A DNA stretch of 64,000 nt from Klebsormidium nitens (Eukaryota > Plantae > Klebsormidiophyceae): NCBI GenBank assembly GCA_000708835.1, contig DF237058.1, forward strand, positions 124,001 through 188,000, read 5' to 3'. The notes under the pieces are model-generated. The model ran no database searches, was not told the origin of the DNA, and worked only from the letters and a program-made list of their open reading frames with translations. Positions 11,356 to 25,800 of this stretch are shown one piece after another. The position numbers and the translations under genes were made by a program. Position 1 is the first letter of the stretch. Each line of letters opens with the position of its first letter.

Positions 11356-14300
11356 TTACAACCTTAGTCGACCTCCGTACATGTTCTGCACCTTGACCTG
11401 CATATTCCAAAGCGCAATCATTCTTCTCGTATCAGGCCTCAAAGGCGTTCAGACTGAAAGAATCCAACACGTGCGTCAGACGCTAAGGAAGCTCAAAGGA
11501 GCAGAAAACTGAACTTTTCAACAGACTGAGTTCCGGGTCAGCTTACCTGGATGCTGTTCTCGGCCCGCTGCTGGATGGCGCCCCAGAAGCTCCAGCGATC
11601 GGCAAGCCTGGAGAGTAGAGGGTTTCAGAATCAGCAGATCAGCAAAGATCGACTTGTTTTTGAACATCTGCAGCTTTTCCGATTTTTTAGTCCGGCCTGA
11701 TTGAAGAGATGCGACCTTTCGAAACTCGCACTCGTATCAGGCTCGAATTGCAGATTTACACGCCCGAAGCGCACGCATTAGAAGCCAGACCTCCCTCTCT
11801 ATGAGGCCCTTACTGCAAATTTATTCAGCCCAATCTGCACCCTTATCAAGCCAAATCCGCCCTCTAATGAGGCCCGTAATCGTGACTTATTGAGCCCAAT
11901 CCACACAATTATCAAGTCCAGACTGCCTCCTGAGGAGGCCCCTACAGCGCACTTGATGAGCTCAAAGTATCCGCTTATCAAGCCCAAATTGCACGCTCAA
12001 TGCGTTCGAATACCTACCGCTAAATCCCATACACCACGCTTTTTGAGCCCAAAGTGCGGACCCAAATCCGCCGTACCAAATCCCCTCACCTCCTGAGCGT
12101 CTTCAGGAGGCGCTGCACTTCCTCCAGACCCCCCTCGAGCACTCCCTCCACATATTGCGCCACAACCGCCGCATACGCTTCCACTGGCGCCTCATTCAAG
12201 GCCTCAATTTTCGCCCTCATTTCCCCCCCAGGGGGAGGCGTGCACTGCAGCCGCAGAAGGGCGCTCCCCTGGGGGGGTGAGCTAGACTGGGACGCGAGTA
12301 CTGGCAGGACCCCCCCCTGCGCCATGCCCTGTAACGCGTCGGCTAAGCCGAGCTTTTCTCCGTCGGGGTGCTGTACGTATACGTCCATAAGCGGCTGAAG
12401 GACGTCGAGGCCCGATGCGCAGAGGCGCATCCATTTGGGGGGGTCGCCTGACCAGAGGTTTGACAGGGAGGGAACGGGGGCTTCCAGAGGGGGGGGGTCA
12501 GGAACCGGAGATGGTGACTTAGCGACAGGGGGGGGTTCTAAAGCAGGGACAATTGCATTTACTGGCGGACGAGAATGCGGTTCTGGAGCGGACTGCGAAG
12601 TGGGTTTTGGAGCGGGTTTGTAAACCGGTTTAGGGGCGGGTTTGGACATGAGTTTGGGGGCAGGTTTGAGGGCAGGTCGGGAGGGGGCAGGCAATGGCCT
12701 GGTGATGCGCGCTTGCTTTTGGGCGCGGGAGACGGTGCCGGTTAACTTGACCGGACCCGGTTTCCGCCTGCAGGGGGAGGACGCGAATGAGTTTGAAGCC
12801 GGAAGGAGCTGAAGATAATACTTACTATGAGCGGGTGAATCAAGGCCGTGTGTAGACTTAAAGCACTCGGGGAAGCCTATCGCGAATATCGACGAGTGAC
12901 AAGTGTCCTTTTCCAGTGACCGGTTCTAGTACTGCCCAGAAGGGCGACGTTGCTGACTGCTTTGCGATCGGAATCGACCCTCTCCAATTGAAGAAAGCAT
13001 GCATACAACCGCAGGCGCGAAGGCCGTTTGCAAAAGGAAAGCGCAAAATATAAACCCGACACCACGAAGAATAAAAATAAGTCACGCAAATTTACAGATG
13101 ATCTGTTCGTACATCAAGCTCTCGAGAATCCTAGGGATCTTGGAGCTCACTTGGGACCAAGGGGAAGGCGCGATCCTTCGCGCGTCTCGTACGCCCGCTC
13201 TAGTTCCCTTCGGAGCATCAGCGGAAGCGCGTCCAGTACGGACTGGTCCACCTGGCAACGGACGGAACGTTCTAGTAAGTCTCCGGCATACCCTCTTCTT
13301 GAAGTTGATAAGCAACTTGGAATGTTGACCGTGTTATGCGGTTTGATATGAAGAGCAGGTGTTCGTATTCAAGGACAAAGAGATTATTGGGACACAAGTG
13401 TCTAGGACAGTGATCCAACACGTCGTTCGCAAATAGAAGATTAAGTAGCTTATCTTAAGAGCAGATAAGCAAGATTGAGGTTGTTGTTGGTCTGCAGACT
13501 CTGCCCACCATTTCTTGAATAATTCGACGTTTTTTAAACGATGCGGACACCGCTAACTCCATATGCTTCTGATCTTCCTCAGTCTCAGCGTGACATCCCC
13601 CCTTAATCAAGGAGCAATTTTTCTGGCACTGTAGATCTGAACGTCGTACCTGTGACATTGGAGGAAGCGCGCTGATAGGGCTACTGCCCCCCGCACTAGT
13701 TCCTGTCCCACTCAACCCGCCCACTACTGTCCCTCCCGCTGGGACCGTCACTAGCGCATCCGACGGCGCCGCCGCTGCCACGTGTCCGACTGAGAGTTCC
13801 GTAGAAGCCGCGCTGGTCGCTAGCGCCGTTTCGTTGTTTAGCAGGACCAACCCCTTTTCCACCGAGTCCCTCTCGTGTTTGTCGATGGAGGCACTACTCT
13901 GCCTGGGCTCTACACTCTTGCTAACCGTGCTCCTACTTGGATTCGATTCGAAGCCGTCCCGTTCCGTTTCGCTAGCCCCCCGTTTCCGGTTCCGCTCGAC
14001 CCCTTCCGTTCCGCTGATGCCAGGCCCTTTGGCACCAATTTCTTGAACCCGGCTTGTGCTCCCCGCCCCAACAAACTTTTGCCGATACGCCTGCTCGAGT
14101 TCCGCTCTGATCTCTTCCGGCAGTTCCGCCAGCACCGCCGGATCCAGTTCCGTCTCGGGGGGAAGGCTCAGACTGCTACCCGTGTCTTGCGGAGGGGGGG
14201 GCTCATTCTGCGTGTCTTCCGCCCTGGCTTTTCCCGCCTTGATCTCCTGCAAATGCTGCCGCCGCTGGGGGTCCAAAGTGTGAAAAATTTCCTCGTCGTC

Positions 14301-17300
14301 GTGAGCCAGGTTCTGAGGCTCTGCCGGGCGCTTAATTACACCGTCGCTAGCTTGCACCTCATCTTTTTGCGGACGGGCCCCCGTGCTGGCGTTAATACCC
14401 CCTGGTTCGGAAAGGCCGCTCTTTTCGGGCAAGAGCAGAGCCCCAGAACCGACAGCAACAACCGCATCCCGCTTCTCCTTCATGTCTCCTTCACCAACCG
14501 ACTTTCCCCCTAAAGCCCCACGGGCAGATTCATCATCGATTTTGCCCCTAGTTCCGCCCATACCCTCACCCACGGGAGCCTTCTCGAGTTCATCTCTAGT
14601 CTCGCTTCCCCCAATTGACTCCCCCCCCTCCTTCGCTTTCTTCCCCCCTTCCTTTCCCCCCCGCTCCAGCCACCCACTAATCCCCCCCTCCTTTGCGCTC
14701 CCCCCCGTATCTTCTTCCAGCCGCGTGACCCCGATCCCCACCCCCCGAATCTCTTTCGGGGGCACCGCCAGCGCGTGGTACAGCGGCCGGATCAGCCGCT
14801 CCACGATGCTGACGTCAGCGGTCGCCTCCGGGACCGCGGCGGATCGGCTCAGATTGTCGCAGTGTCCGCAGCCCATGAATTTGGCGGGCTCGCCCGCGCC
14901 CGGTTTGCGCTTCTTGATCTTGAGTGTGAATTGGCGCCCGCGCACCCCGGCCTCGGCGAGGCGGTGGCAAACCTCGGTGACTAGGTTGGAGAGAAAAGTG
15001 AGCGCCTCGGCGTCGGTGCTGAAGCGGACGCCCCAGTTACACTCGGCGCCCACCTGGCAGGGAGATAAGGTTTGTGATTAGGACATGACAGGCCAAGGGT
15101 TACGATTAACCAACAATTAAGATCGCAGATCGACAACGTCTTCATCGAAAAACACACCCCACCGGTTTTATCACCGTTGTTGACCAGAATCAATCGTTGA
15201 GGTGAGAAGGGGAAAGAAAAGCTTGGACGGTGGATGCAACCGGTTTACAAAGGGCAGAATCCGGTCAAAGGTAAAGGGAAGCACAACGGAAAGTCCATTT
15301 CGAAAAACCAAATCAAGCGAACGCAACGTTTCACGGACTTCGTTCCCATTCCAGGAATCTAAGCACAACAGATTGACAGAAAGCCAGACCCACTCGCGCT
15401 TTATCTGCATTCAAGTCGCTTTCAACCACAGAGTGACACGTGGCACCCGTCCAACAACTCACCGACTTGCGCTTCTGGTTCGTCTCAAGTTCCTTGATGT
15501 CGACGCCCCGAGCGTACGAGTAGAGCATGTCGCCCGTCTTCACACCGAAGTCGCGCTGAAGGGCCTCCCTGCTGACCCGACGCACGTCGGCGCAGGTGTG
15601 AATGCCCGCCACTCGGAGGCGCTCCTCCAGCGACCTGGAAACAAGAAGTTGGTTATGTAGACAATCTAGACGGTGGCGGTTTCACGTTGCCTTCAAAACA
15701 CGATATAAGAAGAATAGAACAAGCTTCGCAACTGAAAGACCAAAAAGCTGCAAGATAACTTCATTCGAGAAGACAGGATTGCTGACAAAATCCGCCGACC
15801 TTTCTGCATTTAGTCCTGCCTCGCGCTCCGTCCTTCCCTGTCTTCCAGCTGCCAGGATCTCCCGCTTCTCGGTGTAGCAAAATTCTATCGATCATCTTAA
15901 ACGAAGAACGGAAACCTAGCAATATGCGACAAGAATTGCTCTCGAGATCCACGAGATTCTTACCAGCCCACCCCCGGAAGTTTCCCCACCGGCAGCTCCG
16001 CCATATACTCCGCCACGTGTCCAAACTCTATATGGTGCTGCCCGTTGGGCTTCGCCTTTCTAGTTGCCATGCGCGCGAGCAGCAAATTGTGCGCGATTCC
16101 CGCGCTCGCGGTGCATCCCGTCTCGGTGAAGATGCGCGTCCGCAGGTCGGAAAGTAGAGCGGACGGGTCCGGACAGCCGGTAATGTCCAGAAACGCCTCG
16201 TCGCAGCTCACGGCCTGAGAGACAAGAGAGTTGTTTTGGAGACGGAGAATGAAAAAGGACATGAAGGAAGAAAAGAGGAACTGCACAATAAACGATGAAA
16301 GAAGAACAGCACGGTGAACGATAAAATGATAAACACATGTCCAGAAAAACCAGAATAAAGACGCTAGTTCCTTCAAGAGATTCATACGAGGGCTCTCTGG
16401 TAAACCGGCAGAAGGGTGAAGAGGATGGATGCGGAGGGCCCGGTTCAACTTAAGCTAGTCCGGTCCTGCAACGACGCGATCAAGCAGTTGTTGCACTGTC
16501 ATTCGTCCTTCGGTCGAAGATCGAAGCGCGTTTTAAACGCTATCAAATCCAGGCAGGGGATCAGACTTCGGCCAGATTCAAAGCGCAGTTGAGGAGTTAT
16601 GGACCAAAGCAGAGGGGATGAGAAAAAAAACCGACCAGATTCAAGCGCGGCAACTGAAAGTCAAGCAAGTCAGCGCTTGGCCAGAAGCAGCATCAGCTTT
16701 GCATTTGCATGGAGTCTACAGTAAGGGTTACAAACTCAGAGCGAATAGAGTAACGACGGGACCTCAGTGTCAAGATTGAGAGCGAAACCTACCTGGACCT
16801 TGCTGCTCGTTTGGTGCAGCAGCGAGTATAGCTTATCGGCGACCTGAAAACAAAGAAACCAACAACGATCAGTTCAAATCGTAAGTACATAGAAGCAAGG
16901 AAAACTCTCGCTTGCAATTGAGAAACTTTTGGCATCCTCTTACTTAACACATCGCTTTCGAACGATAGGAAAGTGGAGCAAACCCACTAGTTGCACTGGC
17001 CAGCCCCACAAACCCACCTCTTCGTAAGCAGCGAAATCGTAGTTAACGATAACCAGGTCCGGGCAGCGCCGCTTCGCCTCGCGCACGAACATGCTGGCCG
17101 TTATTCCGTACTCGCGCGCTTTGTAGTTGGCGCTCGAAATTTCGGCGGTTCCCGAACCCCCTCCGGTTGCGCCCTGGCCCCAACTGACGGCGACGGCTTT
17201 GCCAAAGAGCTCCGGACGGTCTCGAACGACGACGTTCACGAAGAAACAGTCCTGGGGAGAGGAGCGTTTGAGCAGTCGACAGTTTGTACCTTCAGCGTTT

Positions 17301-20300
17301 CATGGTATGTGCAGAACGGCTTTCCGGACAATCGACTTTCAAAATCCGAGACATATTACCACTTTGAAGACAGAAACTTTGTCCATACTTGTTGACGTGC
17401 CACAAAAGGAACGAGCCAACCTGAAGAAACGGGTGCGGCTGCGAAAAAAGCAGACATTAAATCTGAAGCAATAGACAAAACCCAACTGGGTGGATCAAGG
17501 GCGCTCAGGTAACTGCCAAAGAACCTTCAATGACCACCCTTCTCTTACGGAAATTGTGAAACGAGCCCACATACCTGACAGGACACTCGATACAGGACCG
17601 TATTGCAATATTCCCAATTCTCACCATGTCAATGTGCACGATCAGTCGGTCCTTCTCCGCTGCAGGGGATCCCTCCGCCGGCAGCTCCGGCTTTCCCCCC
17701 CCTTTCCGCCACTGTTCCCCGCCCCCCATCGCCTGATACCGAGACCTCCACGTGCCAATAAAATGCAGCCGTGAGTTCTTGTAATAGTTGTTGATAAAAT
17801 CGGGGTCGTCTTTCGTGCAGTGTGAACGGGCGCCAGACGGGGCGGAACCGTACCCGTTCGGCCCGGGCTTATTCACACCGTACCCGAGGGCCCTGCCGCT
17901 GGGGGACGCGCTCTGGTGTGAAACCGCCCGAGACGGGCCCCCCCGAACCGGGGAAGCTTCGGAACTACCTGCTTCTGCAACCCCCCCCTCCGGAGCCCCG
18001 CCCCTCGACCCCCCCTTTTCGGAAGTATCCGTCTTGATTGTTCCGCCTGTGCTTTCGCTGACGCCCCGCGTCTCCTTGCCGGTTTCAATGCCCCCCTCAC
18101 TTTGGTGGGGCTCGCTTTCGTTCAAGCGAACAGTAGGCTTTCCAGGGGTGTTCATCTCCTGCTCATCTAGACCCCCCTCCCCATCACCCGTTTCGACGCT
18201 ACTTCCTACAGCCGGGTCTCGTTGGGCGGCAATCGCGCTCCCTTCAAATCCGCTTCCGGTGATTCCGCTCCCTGCGAATCCGCTACCTGCCTTTCCGCTA
18301 CCCGCCATGTCTGACCCTGGCGTTGCTTCCTCGCTTCTTGTTTCAATTTTCTCAGAAGTCAAGCGCGGTCTTTTCTCCCCAGGCTTCCCCTCGCTCATCT
18401 CCGAATTGCTCTCCCCCGCTCCCCCCATTTCGGAAGCGTCCCGTGACCTTTTCTTCCCTGACGCAAACTCCGAGGGGGATGTTCCTCCTGATCTGGCAGC
18501 CATCTCGTTCAATGCCCCCACCTCCACTCCACTCATCTCCGCTCTAGAAGCACCTCTTCCCAGGATTTCGCCGCCTTCCGGTCCTGCCCGTTCTTTAATA
18601 CAGTCTTCGAAACACCCTCCACTTTGCCCTTTGGGACCTTTTCCCCTTTCCCCCGCCTCGGAATTCCCCAACTCCTTCCCAACAATCTCGCCGTTTGCCC
18701 CGTCTAAGACGCCATCTCCCTTCTCCGACTCCATTTTTGCCCCTCCGGACGCAGACTCCGGACCCTCCAAAAGAAGCACGTTCCTTTCGGATCTTGGGTC
18801 CCCCCCGAAACTTACTAAAGCCGGTGGAGACGGCCCCGGTTTCGCCGAGGGGGGGGCGCCCAGCAGCCTGGTCGCTGGTGCATCTGACCCCCCCAGCCGG
18901 ACGAGCGTCCGGCCGAGGACGCTCTGGCCGGGGTCGTGCTTGATGCGGACGTGTTCGTACGGCCCCACTGCACAGGGGAAAGCGTCCGAAAGAGCACAAC
19001 ATGGTGGGCTTGGAGAGAAGACTTTGAGGCGACGTTGAAGTTGAGACGAAATGGGCTTGAGCGAACCATCACAGAAAGTGCTCGTACGGACCCACCGCAA
19101 AGGGCCAAAGGAAAGCAATCGTAAGGATTCAAAAATCGGTTGGGCTCGGACGATTGGATATGGTGATGTTTGAACTGAAAAGAAAATAGAAAAAATAGGA
19201 ACTCTGAAAAGTGCTTATTTGGACCAACTGCAAACAGCCGAAGGAACGCGCTAGAACATCAAAATCGGGTAGCCTCAGAACATCGATACTCAGGAGATGT
19301 TGAAACTGACACGAAGTCCTCTGTGTACAGCATTGAGAAGTGTTCATACGGGCCCACTGAAAAGAAGGTGGAAAAAAGTTCGAAAAGAATCGAAACGGGT
19401 TGAGCTCGGATTGCGGTAACATGGAAGCTGACAATGTGCGTGAGAATGGAACTGTCAGGAGAGCGGGGAGAGGCGGTGCCCCATTAATCTGTCTTGAGAA
19501 TTTTAAAGCTGAATGTCCGTAATTCAGTCGTCTTTTCCATTGCAGTGTTGCTGCGCATCAGTCGGACATCCGTCGCTGAGCAACTGTGAATGGTAGGGGG
19601 ACGGTAAGAAGCACAGGAGGATCGCACGAAAGACTGCAACAAGAAAGGCATGAAGAAAATTGGGGAACGTGCTGACTTGGCAGCAGCTTATTGGCTGCGA
19701 TGGAGTCGGTGATCCACTCGGGCTTGAGGACTGGAGGCCGGCCGCGCCCATGCCTGCAAGTACGATGTGAAAGGTACGCTTAGAAAGAAAGAAAGAAAAA
19801 TGCTCAGAAAGAAGAAAGAAAGATGGTATCTATGACATAAGCATTGACGGGAAGTCCGCAAATATCGGCTGTAGAGCGAGTAGCCTAAAAAGAGACGTAA
19901 GGACCTAACGATGCCTGTGGAAGCGGAAACCTTTCATTGAAAACCTTTCGACGATGCATGTCGGGCGGCCACAATATGACGGCTTCAACAAAGGCGACAG
20001 TTTGAGGGATCCCCCTGAAGTGCGCACCTGTAATCGGCGTACTTGCTGTCAGTCAGGTGGGTGCATATGATGTGGGTCACACCGGTGTTGGGCGTGTAGT
20101 AAGTCTCGAATACTGCACGCAAACTAGCAAGCAATGACTCTCACAAAGCACGTTAGAGATAACAAAGTACGTTTTAGTACTAAAATTCAGGATTCTTTGG
20201 CCGTCAGCTTTGCCGCAAGCTTTACTCCTCGAGGTCACCCGTTTGAAACAAACAAGGGGCAAAACGAGCAAAGGGGGTGAACCGTCAGAATGTAATCGTT

Positions 20301-22104
20301 ACGATTTAGCGAGCACACCAAAAAGTAGGGATTCCCCATGACCTGCAGTTGACCAAAATCAAAAGCACGAGTACATTGAATACTGCAAAAAACGAACGAC
20401 CTCTCTGTATGTGGAATCAGTTTGAGAAATCCTTCAAGAACAAACAACCTCCCTCCACATGGGGAGTTTCGTATAAAGAAAGACCTGAGCGCGTAGACTC
20501 ACCTCCGCCATGCAGCGCCATGAGTCGCTTCAGCTCCTGGAAAGTATAGAGAAGTGAAGTTGGTGGAGCTGAACCCGTTTCTCTATACGAATCTTCGAGA
20601 ACAACAACACTCACGAATGTTTCCAGTGTTCCTAGGATACCGGTCAACTCCCAATCTTACCGAGGCAGAGCCCCTCATTGACATGTCTTTAACAACAAAT
20701 GTCATCGAAGATCATGGGGAACAACCCAGCTGGACACATGATTGGATGCCAAACATGAAAGGTGGACAATCTAGAACAGGACCGCGGCCTACAGGAAGCC
20801 TTGGAAAATGGCGATTGGTATGATAAAAACTTGGAGAACAGAAAGACCATAGCTGTTGCGACAAAGCCTCACTTGGTGACTCGGGCGACAGTGGCCGTTC
20901 ACCCAGATCTTGACCCCCTTGAACAGCTGGCTCGCCCACTTGCCTGGCTGCGACACCTCCCCTCTGGAAAACAAGAAAAGCACCCACCCCCTTTGTTATA
21001 CTGTGGCTGAAGTAGGTTACGGCCCACTGACTCGAGACACAGATCTTGTCCCGGACGTCAAATCTGATTCTAGAAAGTGCGGGGTGTATCCTTTGAAATG
21101 GGAGTAACAAGATTGTTTCAACAAAGTTGCTTGAAAGTTTGCAAGCTCCTCAGCAAGCTAGTTGGCCAATTTTGTAAAGGATTGAGAGCATGCACGGGTC
21201 ATGTCAGAACCGCACCACACAGCACACAGCACTTGACCTGATTGCAAACGAGGGACTTCAAAACCTTACAGCTCTCAAAGAATCTTAAAATGTGTAGCAA
21301 ATTCTGAGGTCCACTCACGTGATCAAGTCGTTGTCTATGCCCGCCTGGTACTGCTCCTTCAACTTCTTAATCTTGAGGTTGAAGTAAAGCCCGAAGTCCC
21401 CTGCAAAGAACCAGCATTGCTTTAGCAAAGTTGCACCAATGTTCTCTAAGAAAGTCCAGTTGTCATAGGATTGATGCGATGGAGTCGGTGCCAGTGCCCC
21501 TGCGACCTCTTCGCTGCGCATGCCTCTGACCAGTCATTTTTCGCTGTTTTTCCGAGTGCCATGCCTTGTTTTTGTTGTCACTAACGTCAGCGTGCGAAGT
21601 ATCTCCAGCAGGGCTGTAACGAACGTCGGGGGATGTCGGGCTGTAACCTTCGGAAGCAGGCACTGTCTGCCAACTTCGAGAAAGACAGCTGTCAGCTCCA
21701 GAAAATCACATGCTGCCCCTCCCACTGCCTCTTACAGACTGAAGTCTCTCTTTCTCCTTTCACACTATAAAGCAGCTCAATTTCATCCTATCCCATGAAC
21801 CCTGTTCAAATCAAAGGTGTCCCTCTAGCACGACAGCTGCCGCCAGCTGTACCACCACTCCTCCATCTCAGCCGTCATGCAACACCAACCAGAATCATCC
21901 CCGCTTCTAGTTCAACCACTGCCCACCTGCTATGGGGTCTTTTTCCAGCTGCTCTTTGCTTGGCCCCTCCGGAGATCGAATCCACGACCGGCCGCTGATG
22001 GGCGCCGGGGGGGGCAGCTGCGCAGCCATCTTGAACCGCACGGGGCTCGCGCCGTCGCCCCCCTTGGTGGGGGTGTCTGGCTTCTTTCCTTCTGCAGGTG
22101 TCAT
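11356..22104 (-). CDS. REV1: REV1 translesion deoxycytidyl transferase (BRCT, Y-family polymerase, two UBMs, C-terminal domain), 16 exons, ~1627 aa
   Basis: Exons 21927-22104, 21319-21400, 20873-20963, 20503-20536, 20028-20112, 19677-19753, 17625-18967, 17018-17251, 16793-16843, 15964-16214, 15463-15634, 13650-15053, 13151-13251, 12090-12767, 11547-11607, 11356-11397 (4884 nt, phase-consistent). Motifs NSRLHFIGTWR, IVHIDMDCFF, SCDEAFLD, GCGHCDNLSRS; UBMs LDPAVLAELPEEIRAEL and VDQSVLDALPLMLRREL. Confidence 0.95.
11778..11996. repeat. Intronic minisatellite, 66-bp unit, ~3.3 diverged copies
   Basis: Units start at 11801 (atgaggccctt), 11867 (atgaggcccgt) and 11933 (aggaggcccct); each contains ttatcaag. 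Confidence 0.75.
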
Positions 22105-22828
22105 AGCTGCTGGTGAAGAGCTAGAACATGGTTAGTGGAGAACTTCAAGGAGAAGAGAAGGTGCCATCTGAAGCGGCCTCCATGGACACTTCTCTTATAG
22201 CCCGTGCGCATCGAAGGCATGGGGCGTGCAGACTCTGCAGAGGCTGGCCAAGTAGTCCTATACTAGTACTGAGTTCGCAATCGAAGCGAAAATGTAGGTA
22301 GGTACAATTTTCCCGATTGGGAATTTCCAGTTAGCCTTAGGTAATACATTTTAACACTTGAAAGTCGCGTCTGCCAACTCGCGGTAGAATTGGGCTGTTC
22401 AAACAGCGGCCCACATGTCAGATCGAGCTATCGTCTAAAGGAGCAACGAGGCCCTGTAGTAGTTTAATCACCGTTGCACGGGAGCAATATCAGAAAAGTC
22501 ATATAATATATTACGTTGGTTTGTGTACGTACTGCAAAAGTTTCGCCGGGCAGCTGGCCACGTCTCCCAAACGACGACGGAGCAAAGGGGCGGTGGTTCA
22601 TACTATTAAATAGCAGCCAAGGAGCAAAGAGAAACCACTTTCTCACATCTGCTGAAGTACTAGTCTTGCACTGAAATGCTGATAGTTCCCTAGAGGAAGA
22701 CAATGCTGCCATGAGCTTTGGCGGCTTTTTCTGAATGGTGATTAGCTTCGTCCTTTGACGGGTTTCTTGCTAAGAATCTACAGTTCTCTATGATCATTTC
22801 TGGAAGAAACTGACTCAGCGGGGGAGAG
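22105..22828. promoter_or_regulatory. Putative bidirectional promoter (REV1 / COX15)
   Basis: 724 bp between divergent ATGs, with an AT-rich core atatataatatattacg near 22500-22516. Confidence 0.5.
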
Positions 22829-25800
22829 ATGGCCACCTGGTTCGCAATCCAGCAAATCCTTCGGAAGCAGCTGATAGCTTCTTTCTCCGCCAGCCCCCAA
22901 ATCGTTTCAAACACAGTGCCGTTTCCTAGCTCTTTGCACCATGCCCTTTTCATCCGATCCGTGCACGGCCCGCTTGGCGCAGTCAAGTCTGGCGCCCAGT
23001 TCACACCGCAAGCGATGTGGGCCAGCCGTGGTGGTGTGAATACTCCTTTAAGCAGAGATCTCAAAGCTTGGAGCGCAAAACTGGTGGGCGTCTATGGGAG
23101 CAGTCCACTTGCAAAGAGTTCATCTCTCCTTTCTAGTTCCCTGACCAGGACAGTTAAGTATGGGCACTTTTCCAGGGGGTTTGCCGCTGGGTCTGTTCGC
23201 ACCACCCTCCAAGGCTTCCGCATCGCTGGTGTGAAAACCCCCCTGGCGGCTGCCACACCCCAGTTTATGTCCACCGCAGCAACCGCAACAGCAACCGGTT
23301 TGGTCAAGGGGGGCCCCGTGGCTCAGAAACAGGTGGCATACTGGCTGTTCGGCTGCGCAGGATGGGTTTTCAGCATGGTGGTTCTGGGGGGGGTTACGCG
23401 GTTAACCAGGTCGGGTTTGTCGATGACTGATTGGCGGTTTGCAGGGGGGCTGCCACCGATGACGCAGGAGGAGTGGGAGGAGGAGTTTGACAAGTACAAG
23501 CAATCCCCAGAATACAAAAAGTGAGTACGAAGGCACTACAAGTTGTTGAGGCATATGCGATGTGTGCACTTTGATCTAAGCTGGTTTTGGTACTGGTCAT
23601 GGCGGCTCTGCATCAGTCTTGTGAGTCGCCACATCCGTTTATTTGTTCGCATGGAACCTTTCTTCATGTTTTCTTCTTTTTTTCCACAACCTTCGCCTGG
23701 TAAACCATTTCAAATTCTTGAAACACTGATTTTGGCACAAGCCTGAGCGGGTTGCTTGTCGCTGGGCCTCACTTTATTGTGAAAATCTGAAGAGGCCGTT
23801 GGTATGTTTAAGTGGGCTTGTTGTTGCTCGTTTGATGATGCCATCACACGACCAGGACACATAAGCAATCACATCAGATCCTGCAGTGGAGAACAGATTC
23901 AAGCACCTCCCAGTACGTAAACCTTCGCTGTTGTCTGAACTTCCATTTTTGCTTTCATCTTCTGGGCAATCTTCTTTTCAACCGAACCTGCTTCTTAACC
24001 TGGTTTCTTACGCAGGGTCAATCTGGGCATGAAGTTAGATGACTTCAAGTTCATCTACTGGATGGAGTACGCGCATCGCATGTGGGGCCGTGCTCTAGGG
24101 CTCGTTTTCACCGTCCCGTTTGCCTACTTTGCGGTCAAGGGTTACGTCACTCGACCACTGGCGGCGAGGCTGGGGGTACTACTCACACTGGGGGCGGGGC
24201 AGGGACTGGTTGGCTGGTGGATGGTTAAGAGCGGGTTGCAGGTAAACCCATTCTTTAAAGATTAGAAAGGAATCGGCAATCGAGGCATGACGTTTGAGGT
24301 GTTCCAAATTCGAAGGAGCTTCGAATCCATTTTCCTAGCAAGATTCTTCTGAGAAATTATCTGAAGAACCAAATGTTGAGGATTCAAACTGCTCGTGTGG
24401 TACTTATGTGTGATTTCGCTTTATGAGGGTTCTGTTTCCTGGGAATCAGAGCAGTTCGAGACCCGGACAAAGCACAAGTATCAAATGCCAAGCTCTTCAA
24501 ATATCGACGAAATTTCAGGCGGGCTGTCGCAAGGAAGATTGATTTGCTGTTAAGGTCCTAATGTTCGCGTTTTCGGACTGTTGTGGAGCTTCCGCCAATG
24601 AAAAGGAGTTGCAATTGCTTAGTTTCTTGCCGGACCTTGGGCCTTTTGAAACGGGTGTAGGACTTTCAACTCAAGAGAAATGGCGTTCGTCGCGTTTTGA
24701 TTGAGCTTCAAGTCCCTAAAATGCTATTGTTCGTACCTTGTCTTCGACCATTTCCCTCGCCCTTCATGTTAGAAGTTGATCAGTACATTGAAAGCTACTC
24801 CCTGATTGTCGAAGTTGGTCGCACATCAAGCTCAGAAGATGGACTCTGAGTGCTCTTGCTATTCTCATTTCAGGAGCCCAAGTCCGAGTACGACGTTCCT
24901 CGAGTCAGCCCCTACCGACTGGCCGCCCACCTGACGTCAGCGTTCGTCATCTACTCGGGACTGCTCTGGACGGCTCTCACAGTCGCGAGCCCCACCCCTC
25001 CCACTCTCAGTGCGCTCGCTTCGCAGGCGGGGGCTGCTTTGCGGGGCAGAATCCACCCTCTGGCAGCGCTCATTGGCGTGACTGCGCTTTCTGGCGCTTT
25101 TGTCGCCGGTCTTGATGCGGTAAGTTACCGGAGTTTTAACGAGTGCACAGTTTCAAGTTTGTTTGCGGATCTTGTGAAATTTTTCGGATTGGCTCGACAC
25201 GTTCCCTGTGTTAAGAGGCATAGATACATAAAGGGTAATCTCTGCTGATTTCATTGGTGATCTTTGAGGCCTTCTCGTAGTGCCAGATTTGTTTCTCTTG
25301 GCTCAACCAGCGCGCGCTGCCCTCCTTCTGCTGACGTCATCCGCAGCGAGGCTGACGTGTGCTCTTTACACAGGGCCACGCGTTCAACACCTTCCCGAAG
25401 ATGGGCGAGACGTGGCTGCCTCCGGGCCTCTTTGAGAAGCAGCCCTTCCTCGCAAACTTCTTCGAAAACACCGCCACAGTCCAGGTGTGCATAATAACCA
25501 ACTTTTGCCCCAGCGTCCGCCTTTTTGATTCTCGAAGTACATACTGTCGTTCAATGCAGAGTCTTAATGCAGCAAAAGGTTGCTTGCAAGCCGCGGGACT
25601 CGCAGATGGTCTTTTTCACGTGCTCTATCGTAATCCGTCGCCACTGTTCCCTGTGCGACTTTGTTGCTGGGATCACAAGGTTGCGCAGACAGAGGAGCCA
25701 TGTTTTTAGGATTTCATTGGAACTCCAAGAAATGCCTCATCTCAATCCTAATGCCTTTCCCGATTGCAGTTGGACCACCGGTTACTTGCGCTGACCACTC

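Noticed and set aside
12420-12700. G-run-rich tract in REV1 as a G-quadruplex autoregulatory element
   Set aside because: Fully explained by Pro-rich codons on the coding strand; no independent evidence.
17788-19038. 416-aa plus-strand ORF (and similar ORFs at 13875-15081)
   Set aside because: Antisense shadows of GC-rich, low-complexity REV1 exons; no motifs of their own.
21470-21520. Possible decayed copy of REV1 exon 6 in intron 1 (shared tgcgatggagtcggtg)
   Set aside because: Only a 16-nt exact match with weak flanks; near chance expectation for this window.
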